The notes beneath the pieces were generated by a model. That model was not told the origin of the DNA and did not search any database. It saw only the letters and a list, made by a program, of their open reading frames with translations. From Octopus vulgaris (taxonomy: Eukaryota): a stretch of 64,000 nucleotides of DNA. Made by a program: the position numbers and the translations under genes. The stretch lies in assembly GCA_951406725.2 (NCBI GenBank), contig OX597815.1, positions 26,722,001 through 26,786,000 of the forward strand, in the 5' to 3' direction. Every line of letters starts with the position of its first letter. The first letter of the stretch is position 1. Positions 1 to 11,239 of the stretch are shown piece by piece.

Positions 1-470
1 TTAGTTTCACTGGGAACTGGAGCCATTTGAATTCATAGGGGCGATAAAATGGGACTAATGGGTTCCGTGGAATGAAGACATCCTCACCTTTATATTTCCC
101 AGTGATAATTGCTGCCTCTAGGACATGGGGTTCCATTACTCTCACTACCATTCTGGTGCCATTGCAGAGGTGAGGTGGATCCAGATTCCTTAGCAGCATA
201 ATTGGGGCCCTTCCTTTTTAAGTGTTAAATTGTGAGGTGGCATTCTAGATGCTTGTTGAGAGTTCAGGAACTTAGTTGGAAAAACCACAGCTTGGTTCTG
301 ATTAGTGAATGTTGATGGATTTGAATGACAATTCTTGTCCTGGCAACAGCTTCAAGAGATGCCAATTCATTTTGTCAACAGCATCATTACATGGAGCTAA
401 TTCACATAGCCATTGACTGTTGCTAAAGTTTTGTGCAATGTTTGGAAACAAAAATTTTCAGATCATAGAG
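1..470 (-). mobile_element. Helitron RepHel PIF1-helicase fragment (copy 0, runs off window start)
   Basis: Same sequence as 7247-7715. The minus strand encodes LLRNLDPPHLCNGTR...FIPRNPLVP...FKWLQFPVKL, the C-terminal motifs of PIF1-type Helitron helicases. Confidence 0.85.
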
Positions 471-474
471 AGTT

Positions 475-579
475 GGTGAAATCTGTGGTAAATCATTCCT
501 TCCAAGGAGTAATTCAACTCGGCACAAACATACACACACGGGAGAAAAGCCATATCATTGGAAGTTTAAAGAATGTTAA
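475..579 (+). pseudogene. Orphan terminal C2H2 finger remnant after the Helitron fragment (also ~7721-7825, ~15800-15900, ~25065-25165, ~34028-34128, ~40923-41025)
   Basis: Reads [33 protein letters not shown]. It matches the 3' ends of the genes ending at 11239 and 39558. Confidence 0.75.
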
Positions 580-1216
580 CCCTTCTGGCAATCCTCTGAC
601 TTTGATGTAAAAGTGTCTTGTTTTCTTAAGTTTTGAATTAGAATTTTCTACCAAACCTTAGTCAGAATTTATGATCCTGAAACTAGGTTAATGATAACCA
701 CCAAGTTATTTTACAAACACAAACACTTGTTGCTCGCACTGTTCTCGTACTCCAGCGGACACATGTACATGCACTCAGACAGGACACTGTGCTAGCACCC
801 ATACTTTCTCCTACTTTACACATCTGTAAATAAAATCTCTCAAATAGGACGGTTGTCGTCTTCATTATTGCTTTTGGCACTTTTTCAGTTATGTCATGTA
901 TTTTTCTTCTTTTGTTGGGGCGGCCGTGCGGCGTTAAAGGGAGAAATTTCTGTCACCAACTCCTTTCGTGTGGTCTTACTCCCTACAAGGGTTTTGTGAC
1001 ATATTAGTAGGTCACCGGAATTCATTCAATAATGAAAAGAAATTACAGTGATTCCGGGATGGGCTGTGGGTGTGCGATTTCTCACCCAACCCATTTTCTA
1101 AACAAAAATAAGGGGTTTGCAGCATATTAAGAGGTCAGGGCAATTGATTCCACACAAAAAATCCGAAAATATTGAAAATATTGCAGGTGAAGGAATCAAA
1201 ATTGACCCCAGTGAGT

Positions 1217-1231
1217 AGCGCCACCTATAGG
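1217..1231 (-). promoter_or_regulatory. CTCF-like motif (CCTATAGGTGGCGCT) in the conserved upstream module
   Basis: Matches the CTCF core AG(A/G)(G/T)GGC(A/G)C. It recurs once per gene unit at 8465, 11886, 21219, 30081, 37767 and 41708, is degenerate at 16565, 25829 and 34796, and has an inverted homolog at 57511. Confidence 0.5.
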
Positions 1232-1338
1232 AGAAGTCAAGTAAAGGGACACAACTCCAGCTGCACTTGATCTTCGCGCCAATTAAATTATTAATTACGT
1301 TGATTAATTTCTCATCATTGACTCGTTTATATCTCGAT

Positions 1339-1347
1339 CGGGTAAGT
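1339..1347 (+). promoter_or_regulatory. Candidate 5' splice donor CGG|GTAAGT of a non-coding first exon
   Basis: Consensus GTAAGT is conserved in paralogous modules (GT at 1342, 8590, 12014, 21347, 30209, 34921, 37893, 41836). No transcript evidence. Confidence 0.4.
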
Positions 1348-1862
1348 TGAGCAAGATTTCCTTTAAGGCTGTAATCATGGGTACTTGTCAATTGTCGTGG
1401 TCCCGGTTTTGCACACGCGAATTCGCGCGCGCGCGCGCGTCAGACGTAGGTACTCGATACTCGAGATCCTACGAGGTGACTTGCGCAGTGCAGAATTCGC
1501 GCGTGCGCGTTAAACCCCCCCTAAAAAAAAAGGTGTTGGATTTCACTAAAAATATATATGTGTGTGTGTGTGTATATAACATTTTCAATTTTACACAAAA
1601 AAATTACATAGTCGCTTTCCTCGCGGATTTACAGAGAAATGAATTAATTACTATTTTACAGAATAAAATTAATGAATTAATTATATAAATTAAATAATTC
1701 TTGAAAATTAATTAATATTAATAATATTTTTTGAACAAAGTAAATAATTTATAAAACTTGGTTAATAATTTTTTTTACACAAACGCGAACGTATATAATT
1801 TGTGAAACTTTTTTTTTTTTACAGACGTATATAATTTGGTAAACTTAATGAATTAATTTCTT

Positions 1863-2280
1863 ATCATCATCATCGTTTAACGTCCGTTCTCCATGCCAGC
1901 ATGGGTTGGACGGTTTGACCGGGGATCTGGGAAGCCAGAAGGCTGCACCAGACTCCAGTCTTATCTGGCAATGTTTCTACAGCTGGATGCCCTTCCTAAC
2001 GCCAACCACTCCGAGAGTGTAGTGGGTGCTTTTTACATGCCACCCGCACAGGTGCCAGGCGAGGCTGGCAACGGCCACGGTCGGATTGGTGCCAGTCAAG
2101 CGGCTCTGGCATCGGCCACGATTCGGATAGTGCTTTTTACGTACCACCAGTCCAGGGGTCCTGGCATTTGCCGGGTGCCACACTTGCCCCAACATGTCTT
2201 CGCAAGCAAAGGGGGTTGGCATGGGTGCCTGTCGTGGGATGAGGTTCGATATCAACTTCGCTTGCCTCAACAGGTCTTTG
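1863..2280 (-). mobile_element. RTE-type LINE 3'-end fragment nested in the foldback arm (mirror copy ~3377-3795; also in both arms of copy 2)
   Basis: The (CAT)n-CGTTTAACGTCC tail and body match the 3' end of the RTE element at 47604-48000. Confidence 0.8.
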
Positions 2281-2865
2281 TGTATAAATGTATAAATTTT
2301 TCGCACTAAATTCTTTCCGTAGAATTTATCAAAAAACGCGCAAAATTATTCCGTAGACTTTATCAAATTAAAAAACGCAAAATTAATATATTTTTTGAAA
2401 TTGCAAATTATTTAGAATATAAAACAAATTAAGTTAAATTTTAAAAATAAATGTCATATACTTATACTCTGTAAGGTGCTGTGTTCACACTTCAATTTAC
2501 TATTTTCTAGAAATGTTGCTTTTCTAATTGAAACAATTTTTCTCAATCTCCATTTAAAAGTCCATAATGCCTCTTGAGCCATATCAAAATGAACAACTTT
2601 GAATTACCCGGTGGTGGTGGTGGTGGTGGTGTGAGGTTCTAATTTTTTTTCTGATCTCTCTTTGCCCCCTCTTTATCTCAGTTGTTCATTCAGCTAATAT
2701 TTAGAAAAATTTTCGCGCCCAATTTTTGTTGTCGCGGGAAAAGATGAACGATTTAAAATAAATATATCTTAATTGTAGTGTGAGAAAGTATATATATTCT
2801 GATGACAAAATATATTATCTTTCAAAAACATCCCAAATTTATAGACTATATCGTGTAGGTTTAAG

Positions 2866-2867
<2 letters not shown>

Positions 2868-2934
<67 letters not shown>

Positions 2935-2936
2935 TA
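2868..2936. repeat. (TA)n microsatellite in the foldback spacer
   Basis: Directly visible; shorter in copy 2 (~55767-55804). Confidence 0.95.
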
Positions 2937-5467
2937 GTAGAGAATGAAACATCTTTCATCTGTCTCCCCACCACACCTCCATCTAGGGGGGGGGGCAAAG
3001 AGAGATCAGAAAAAAAATTAGAACCTCACACCACCACCACCACCGGGTAATTCAAAGTTGTTCATTTTGATATGGCTCAAGAGGCATTATGGACTTTTAA
3101 ATGGAGATTGAGAAAAATTGTTTCAATTAGAAAAGCAACATTTCTAGAAAATAGTAAATTGAAGTGTGAACACAGCACCTTACAGAGTATAAGTATATGA
3201 CATTTATTTTTAAAATTTAACTTAATTTGTTTTATATTCTAAATAATTTGCAATTTCAAAAAATATATTAATTTTGCGTTTTTTTAATTTGATAAAGTCT
3301 ACGGAATAATTTTGCGCGTTTTTTGATAAATTCTACGGAAAGAATTTAGTGCGAAAAATTTATACATTTATACACAAAGACCTGTTGAAGCAAGCGAAGT
3401 TGATATCGAACCTCATCCCACGACAGGCACCCATGCCAACCCCCTTTGCTTGCGAAGACATGTTGGGGCAAGTGTGGCACCCGGCAAATGCCAGGACCCC
3501 TGGACTGGTGGTACGTAAAAAGCACTATCCGAATCGTGGCCGATCGCCAGAGCCGCCTCGACTGGCACCAATCCGACCGTGGCCGTTGCCAGCCTCGCCT
3601 GGCACCTGTGCGGGTGGCATGTAAAAAGCACCCACTACACTCTCGGAGTGGTTGGCGTTAGGAAGGGCATCCAGCTGTAGAAACATTGCCAGATAAGACT
3701 GGAGTCTGGTGCAGCCTTCTGGCTTCCCAGATCCCCGGTCGAACCGTCCAACCCATGCTGGCATGGAGAACGGACGTTAAACGATGATGATGATGAGAAG
3801 AAATTAATTCATTAAGTTTACCAAATTATATACGTCTGTAAAAAAAAAAAGTTTCACAAATTATATACGTTCGCGTTTGTGTAAAAAAAATTATTAACCA
3901 AGTTTTATAAATTATTTACTTTGTTCAAAAAATATTATTAATATTAATTAATTTTCAAGAATTATTTAATTTATATAATTAATTCATTAATTTTATTCTG
4001 TAAAATAGTAATTAATTCATTTCTCTGTAAATCCGCGAGGAAAGCGACTATGTAATTTTTTTGTGTAAAATTGAAAATGTTATATACACACACACACATA
4101 TATATTTTTAGTGAAATCCAACACCTTTTTTTTTAGGGGGGTTTAACGCGCACGCGCGAATTCTGCACTGCGCATGTCACCTCGTAGGATCTCGAGTATC
4201 GAGTACCTACGTCTGGCGCGCGCGCACGCGCAAATTCGCGTGTGCAAAACCGGGACCACGACAATTGACAAGTACCGTAATCATGATAATGGAAGATAGT
4301 AGATTTATGTGAACTTCTCTCGATGTTGGAGTAATTATTTCGAAGCGGGAACCTGACAACAATTAGGAAAATAGATTTGTTTGTCTAAATAATTTCCAAA
4401 CTGAAATGTTGATCTGTTGTTTATGGGAACCTATAATCCACTGTTACATGTGGTATAAAGGAAATTAAGGGTAATGTTGACGTTGTTACCCGGAGAGGAA
4501 ACCGAGAAAAAGAAATAGTGCAACGGGTGTAAAAGAAAAAGGTGTAAAAAAGAAATCTGAAGAGAAAAATGTGCAGAAAGCAATGAGGGTTAGAGGCCTT
4601 CGGAAAATTGACAAGATCCGAAGGTTTTCCCTCGTAACTTTTAGGGAAATGGGGTTTTTGTAAGTGAAATTTTATATGAATACGTTTCAAACGGTATAGA
4701 TCACGATTATAAAGAAATTTGTGGGGAAAATGTTTTGCGATGGGGTCAGGAGAGGACTTCGGTAAATCCGATGTTTTTCCCTCGTAACTCTGAGGAAAAT
4801 ATAATCCTTTTGAAATAACAAATTAAGTTTTTCCTCAGGAACTTGTATGCTAAACATCCTTTTGTCAAGATTCATTCGTTAGTCCCCCTTTCATATAGCA
4901 CATGCTGTTAACTATAAACACATGAAATATTATCACTTATAATACACTTTCTTCATGCACATACATATTTCTTCTCTGTATTTGTGTGGAATGTAGATAA
5001 CAAAATCAATGTCGCAGTTTAAACTTGAGAAAAGCCTTGAATATTTATAATGTGCAAGTTATAGATACATGTGCGTGTTTTCGGCTAGGGTTCTTTCGTA
5101 ACTGGTTCATTTGTGTATGTAAATTTCTGAATGCATTTATTAAGAAATAACATAGTAAATTTAAGTAATAAAAGAAGCATGCTAGGAAAGATCACTAATA
5201 ATGGAGTCATGAATTCTTATCCTCTCTGTAGGATTATATGAACCATTCGAAGTTACAGTAATCACATAGAAACATTAAGAAAATATGCTTCCTTGTCTTA
5301 GATATCTCAACCATTGATGTTTCTTTTAAAGTTATGAGTAAACGAATTTAGAGTGTAAAACATTTATGTCGTTATGCCATTCTTTCAATGCCTCAATTAA
5401 CTCTGACCCCTAAAAACATTTAATAGATAACAATGTTAAATTTTGCAACGTTGAATTAGTGTATCAT

Positions 5468-5509
5468 CTAACTATTCTCTTTATCTTGATGTTTCTTTTC
5501 CTATTTCAG
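5468..5509 (+). promoter_or_regulatory. Branch point (CTAAC), polypyrimidine tract and 3' splice acceptor TTTCAG preceding the ZNF exon
   Basis: CTAACTATTCTCTTTATCTTGATGTTTCTTTTCCTATTTCAG is almost invariant. The AG ends at 5509, 10116, 13251, 17597, 22599, 26862, 31479, 36230, 38171, 43420 and 52628(-). Confidence 0.75.
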
Positions 5510-5897
5510 AATATCTCCTTATTTTGACCCACAAGAAACTTCTTCATTCAGATGTGCCTTTCATATTTTGACGTCGTTTCATCAACTAAAGCAAGATGAC
5601 ATGATTTATCAGCAGCATTCATCAATACATCAGAATTTATATGAATACAATATTCTTCTTGTCTTCACTGTTTGGAATGTAGAGGAAGTGATTGCCTTAC
5701 AGGTTAATTAAGGTGGGATAGTTTTACAAACGAGTTGACGATTTTCTATCAGCTCATTTAGATATTTTGATCACAGATGAAAGGAAGATAGCTCCAAATA
5801 CTTTTCTAGAAAGAGTGGCAGAACTGAAAACAAAGATATTTATAGAGATGAAGGAAACATTATTATTGTGATATGTATAATGAATTATTCTTTCACA

Positions 5898-6941
5898 ATG
5901 AATAATTTAACTGAAGCAAAAAGCGATGATACAAGAGTGAAGCAATGTTTCTGTGATATTTGTGGTAAATCATTCAATTATCATAGTCACTTGACTACTC
6001 ACAGACGTATGCATACAGGAGAAAAGCCATTTCATTGTGATATTTGTGGTAAATCATTCTGTCGAAGCAGCCACGTTATTAGACACAAATTTACACATAC
6101 AGGAGAAAAGCCTTATCATTGTGGTATCTGTGGTAAATCATTCTCTCAACGGTGTACCTTGACTGAACACAAAAGTGTTCATACAGGAGAAAAGGCATAT
6201 CATTGTGAAATTTGTGGTAAATCAATCTCTAAAAGGAGTGAATTGACTAATCACAAACGTACACATACAGGAGAAAAGCCATATCATTGTGATATCTGTG
6301 GTAAATCATTCTCTCAAAGGAGTACCTTGACTCAACACAAACGTGTTCATACAGGAGAAAAGGCATATCATTGTGAAATTTGTGGTAAATCATTCTCTAA
6401 AAGGAGTGAATTGACTAATCACAAACGTACACATACAGGAGAAAAGCCATATCATTGTGATATCTGTGGTAAATCATTCTCTCAAAGGAGTACCTTGACT
6501 CAACACAAACGTGTTCATACAGGAGAAAAGGCATATCATTGTGAAATTTGTGGTAAATCATTCTCTAAAAGGAGTCATTTGACTCGACATAAATATGTAC
6601 ATACAGGAGAAAAGCCATATCATTGTGATATTTGTGGTAAATCGTTCTGTCAAAGCAGCAACGTGACTATTCACAAATGTACACATACAGGAGAAAAGCC
6701 ATATGATTGTGATATCTGTGGTAAATCATTCTCTCAAAGGAGTAGCCTGACTCAGCATAAATATGTACATACAGGAGAAAAGCCATATCATTGTGAAATT
6801 TGTGGTAAATCATTCTCTATAAGGAGTAATTTGACTCGGCATAAATATACACATACAGGAGAAAAGCCATATGATTGTGATATCTGTGGTAAATCATTCT
6901 CTCAAAGGAGTAACTTGACTAAGCACAGAGCATCGCTATAG
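5898..6941 (+). CDS. C2H2 zinc-finger protein, type A (11 complete fingers + 1 truncated)
   Basis: Tandem CxxC-x12-HxxxH with TGEKPY linkers. The conserved ATG at 5898 is chosen over the GTG at 5868. Confidence 0.9.
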   Translation: MNNLTEAKSDDTRVKQCFCDICGKSFNYHSHLTTHRRMHTGEKPFHCDICGKSFCRSSHVIRHKFTHTGEKPYHCGICGKSFSQRCTLTEHKSVHTGEKAYHCEICGKSISKRSELTNHKRTHTGEKPYHCDICGKSFSQRSTLTQHKRVHTGEKAYHCEICGKSFSKRSELTNHKRTHTGEKPYHCDICGKSFSQRSTLTQHKRVHTGEKAYHCEICGKSFSKRSHLTRHKYVHTGEKPYHCDICGKSFCQSSNVTIHKCTHTGEKPYDCDICGKSFSQRSSLTQHKYVHTGEKPYHCEICGKSFSIRSNLTRHKYTHTGEKPYDCDICGKSFSQRSNLTKHRASL

Positions 6942-7073
6942 AATTCTGGCAACAAAAGGATTGAAGGAAATGAATGTATTTACTCTGAAACAAGACATAT
7001 TTTGAGAACAATTCTATCAGATGACATGTGTATAAACAATGTCAGTAAAACAAATCTTGGAATCAATCACAGT

Positions 7074-7715
7074 TTAATTTTGTAGAACTTCCAAATGCAC
7101 AATGTTTTCAGTGTGTCCTTAAATTGGGATAGAAATAAAAAGAGTTTCGGGCGTTCCAGCTTGCGAACATCCTACATATAATTGCACATGAAAGAGGCAA
7201 GGTTAAGTCCAAGAACCTTGAGGTTTGTTTATGAACATAGGAGAACTTAGTTTCACTGGGAACTGGAGCCATTTAAATTCATAGGGGCGATAAAATGGGA
7301 CTAATGGGTTCCGTGGAATGAAGATATCCTCACCTTTATATTTCCCAGTGATAATTGCTGCCTCTAGGACATGGGGTTCCATTACTCTCACTACCATTCT
7401 GGTGCCATTGCAGAGGTGAGGTGGATCCAGATTCCTTAGCAGCATGATTGGGGCCCTTCCTTTTTAAGTGTTAAATTGTGAGGTGGCATTCTAGATGCTT
7501 GTTGAGAGTTCAGGAACTCAGTTGGAAAAACCACAGCTTGGTTCTGATCAATGAATGTTGATGGATTTGAAAGACAATTCTTGTCCTGACAACAGCTTCA
7601 AGAGATGCCAATTCATTTTGTCAACAGCATCATTACATGGAGCTAATTCACATAGCCATTTACCATTGCTAAAGTTTTGTGCAATGTTTGGAAACAAGAA
7701 TTTGCAGATCATACA
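7074..7715 (-). mobile_element. Helitron PIF1-helicase C-terminal fragment, copy 1
   Basis: Translates to FPNIAQN..WLCE..LAPCNDAVDKMN, MLLRNLDPPHLCNGTR, QFPVKLS..INKPQG and ends TENIVHLEVLQN*; frameshifted. Confidence 0.88.
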
Positions 7716-10504
7716 GAGTTGGTGAAATCTGTGGTAAATCATTCCTTCCAAGGAGTAATTCGACTCGGCACAAACATACACACACGGGAGAAAAGCCATA
7801 TCATTGGAAGTTTAAAGAATGTTAACCCTTCTGGCAATCCTCTGACTTTGATGTAAAGGTGTCTTGTTTTCTTAAGTTTTGAATTAGAATTTTCTACCAA
7901 ACCTTAGTCAGAATTTATGATCCTGAAACTAGGTTAATGATAACCACCAAGTTATTTTACAAACACAAACACTTGTTGCACGCACTGTTCTCATACTACA
8001 GCGGACACATGTACATGCACTCAGACAGGACACTGTGCTAGCACCCATACTTTCTCCTACTTTACACATCTGTAAATAAAATCTTTCTCAAATAGGACGG
8101 TTGTCGTCTTCATTATTGCTTTTAGCACTTTTTCATTTATGTCATGTATTTGGCTTGTTTTGTTAGGGCGGCCGTGCGGCGTTAAAGGGAGAAATTTCTG
8201 TCACCAACTCCTTTCGTGTGGTCTTACTCCCTACAAGGGTTTTGTGACATATTAGTAGGTCACCGGAATTCATTCAATAAAGAAAAGAAATTACAGTGAT
8301 TCCGGGATGGGTTGTGGGTGTGCGATTTCTCACCCAACCCATTTTCTAAACAAAAATGAGGGGTTTGCAGCATATTAAGAGGTCAGGGCAATTGATTCCA
8401 CACAAAAAATCCGAAAATATTGAAAATATTGCAGGTGAAGGAATCAAAATAGACCCCAGTGAGTAGCGCCACCTATAGGAGAAGTCATGTAAAGGGAAAC
8501 AACTCCAGCTGCACTTGATCTTCGCGCCAATTAAATTATTAATTTCGTTGATTAATTACTCATCACTGACTCGTTTATATCTCGATCGGGTAAGTTGAGC
8601 AAGATTTCCTTTAAGGCTGTAATCATGATAATAATACTTCTAATGTTATTGGAAGATAATAGATTTCTGTGAACTTCTCTCGATGTTGGAGTAATTATTT
8701 CGAAGCGGGAACCTGACCACAATTAGGAAAATAGATTTGTTCGTCTGAATAACTTCCAAACTGAAATATTAATCTGTTGTTTATGGGAACCTATAATCCA
8801 CTCATACATGTGGTATAAAGGAAATTAAGCGTAATGTTGATGGTGTTTCCCGGAGAGGCAATCGAGAAAAAGAAATAGTGCAACGGGTGTAAAAGAAAAA
8901 GGTGTAGAAAAGGAATCTGAAGAGAAAAATGTGCAGAAAGCAATGAGGGTGAGAGGCCTTCGGAAAATTGACAAGATCCGAAGGTTTTCCCTCGTAGCTT
9001 TTAGGGAAATGGGGTTTTTGTAACTGAAATTTTATATGAATACGTTTCAAACGGTATAGGTCACGATTATAAAGTAACTTGTTGGGAAAATGTTTTGCGA
9101 TGGGGTCAGGAGAGGACTTCGGTAAATCCGATGTTTTTCCCTCGTAACTTTGAGGAAAATGGATATCTTTCTATTTCACATCCACGTAGGGAACGAATCT
9201 GAAAACAAAAATACTCTGAAAGCAACGGGGTGGGGAGAGGCCTTCGGAAGATTCACAAGATCCGAGGTTTTTCCCTCGTAACTTAGAGGAAAATATAATC
9301 CTTTTGAAATAACAAATTAAGTTTTTCCTCAGGAACTTGTATGCTAAACATCTTTTTGTCAAGATTCCTTCGTTAGTCCCCCTTTCGTTATAGCACATGC
9401 TGTTAACTATAAACACATGAAATATTCTTAACTGCTTCATTTGTGTATGTAAATTTCTAAGAAGAAAACGAGATCGATGTCAAAAAAGCTGTATTACTGA
9501 TGATATTTCATGAATTTAGTGCTGACAACACTTGCTCTCATGCTCACTGAAACTAACAAATGAATCTTGACGAGTCTGAGACTCAGAAACGCTTAATTGT
9601 CGCTTTACAAAACTGAAGAGGAACGAGAAGCTGTTAAGCATTTTGTCTGAGAAGCAAATGATTCTTCCTCTAAATAATACACGGTTGACCAGAATCCATG
9701 ATTCGCTTGTTCGTTAAATTTTTTTATATATCATTTATGAATACATTTATTAAGAAATAAAATAGTAAATTTAAATAATAAAAGAAGCATGCTAGGAAAG
9801 ATCACTAATAATTGAGTCATGAATTCTTACCCTCTCTGTAGGATTATATGAACCCTTCGAAGTTACAGTAATCACATAGAAACATTAAGAAAATATGCTT
9901 CCTTGTCTTAGATATCTCAAACATTGATGTTTCTTTGAATGTTATGAGTAAACGAATTTAGAGTGTAAAACATTTATGTCGTTATGCCATTCTTTCAATG
10001 CCTCAATTAACTCTGACCCCTAAAAACATTTAATAGATAACAATGTTAAATTTTGCAACGTTGAATTAGAGTATTTAACTATTCTCTTTATCTTGATGTT
10101 TCTTTTCCTATTTCAGAATATCACCTTATGTTCACCCACAAGAAACTTCTTCATTCAGATGTGCCTTTCATATTTTTACATCGTTTCACCAACTAAAGCG
10201 AGATGACATGATTTATCAGCAACATTCATCAATACATCAGAATTTATATGAATACAATATTTTTCTTGTCTTCACTGTTTGGAACGTAGAGGAAGTGATT
10301 GCCTTACAGGTTAATTAAGGTGGGATAACTTTACAAACGAGTTGACGATTTTCTATCAGCTCATTTAGATATTATGATCACAGATGAAATAAAGATAGCT
10401 CCAAATTCTTTTCTAGAAAGAGTGGCAGAACTGAAAACAAAGTTGTTTATAGAGATGAAGGAAACATTATTATTGTGATATGTATAATAAATTATTCTTT
10501 CACA

Positions 10505-11239
10505 ATGAATAAATTAACTGAAGCAAAAAGCGATGATACAAGAGTGAAACAATATTTCTGTGACATTTGTGGTAAATTATTCAATTATAGTAGTCACTTG
10601 ACTAGTCACAGACATATCCATACTGAAGAAAAGCCATATGACTGTGAAATCTGTGGTAAATCATTCTCTAAAAGGAGTGACTTGACTAAACACAAACGTA
10701 CGCATACAGGAGAAAAGCCATATCATTGTGAAATCTGTGGTAAATCATTCTGTCAAAAAAGTGACTTGACTAAGCACAATCGTACACATACAGGAGAAAT
10801 GCCACATCATTGTGATATCTGTGGTAAATTATTCTCACGTAGGAGTGGGTTGACTATGCACAAACAAACGCATACAGGAGAAAAGCCATATTGTTGTGAA
10901 ATCTGTGGTAAATCATTCTGTCAAAGTAGTGACTTGACTAAGCACAATCGTACCCATACAGGAGAAAGGCCATATCATTGTGATATCTGTGGTGTATCAT
11001 TCTGTGACAGGAGTAATTTGACTCGGCATATATATACACATACAGGAGAAATGCCATGTCAATGTGATATTTGTGGTAAATCATTCTGTCGAAGAAGTGA
11101 CGTGACTAGACACAAATATACACATACAGGACAAAAGCCATATGATTGTGATATCTGTGGTAAATCTTTCTCTGTAAGGAGCAATTCGATTCGGCACAAA
11201 CACACACACGGGAGAAAAGCCATATCATTGGAAGTTTAA
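10505..11239 (+). CDS. C2H2 zinc-finger protein, type B (8 fingers)
   Basis: Eight canonical fingers. It ends through a 2-bp slip in a (CA)n run, giving GRKAISLEV*. Confidence 0.88.
   Translation: MNKLTEAKSDDTRVKQYFCDICGKLFNYSSHLTSHRHIHTEEKPYDCEICGKSFSKRSDLTKHKRTHTGEKPYHCEICGKSFCQKSDLTKHNRTHTGEMPHHCDICGKLFSRRSGLTMHKQTHTGEKPYCCEICGKSFCQSSDLTKHNRTHTGERPYHCDICGVSFCDRSNLTRHIYTHTGEMPCQCDICGKSFCRRSDVTRHKYTHTGQKPYDCDICGKSFSVRSNSIRHKHTHGRKAISLEV

Larger units (their letters stand above)
1380..4276. mobile_element. Non-autonomous foldback (Mutator/MULE-like) DNA transposon, copy 1
   Basis: Arms 1380-2669 and 2991-4276 are near-perfect reverse complements, ending GGTACTTGTCAATTGTCG / CGACAATTGACAAGTACC. 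The 9-bp TSD GTAATCATG lies at 1371-1379 and 4277-4285. The empty site is seen in paralogous units (e.g. 8619-8627). No transposase ORF. Confidence 0.93.

Noticed and set aside
1893-3764. ORFs in the foldback arms (MPAWVGRFDRG...) as a transposase or gene family
   Set aside because: They lie in the RTE 3'-UTR-derived repeat, frameshift between copies, and have no DDE motifs.
4421-4875. Recurrent minus-strand ORFs (MKRIHIKFHLQK...) in the upstream module
   Set aside because: They have non-ATG starts, low-complexity Phe-rich translations and indels between paralogs; recurrence reflects duplication only.
5570-5615. Hammerhead-like string on the minus strand of the ZNF leader (CTGATAA-ATCA...TGAT-GAAA-CGACG-TC)
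   Set aside because: Core G8 is A in the copies checked and stem I cannot pair; chance or a dead relic.
5512-5710. Open frame of ~65 codons right after the splice acceptor as a coding exon
   Set aside because: It ends in TAA well before the finger ORF, has no recognisable domain, and is disrupted by an insertion in the type C copies.
5868-5897. GTG-initiated N-terminal extension MICI(I/M)NYS in the ORF track
   Set aside because: The locus is eukaryotic, and the paralog at 22988 has an in-frame TAA in this stretch, so the conserved ATG 30 nt downstream is preferred.
5940-6930. 84-bp periodic repeats as a CRISPR array or satellite
   Set aside because: The period equals one 28-aa C2H2 finger. 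The variable parts are recognition helices, not spacers, and there are no cas genes.
7203-7445. Functional host PIF1 helicase gene
   Set aside because: Only the C-terminal part is present, with frameshifts, small deletions and degenerate motifs (INKPQG); it is Helitron-derived.
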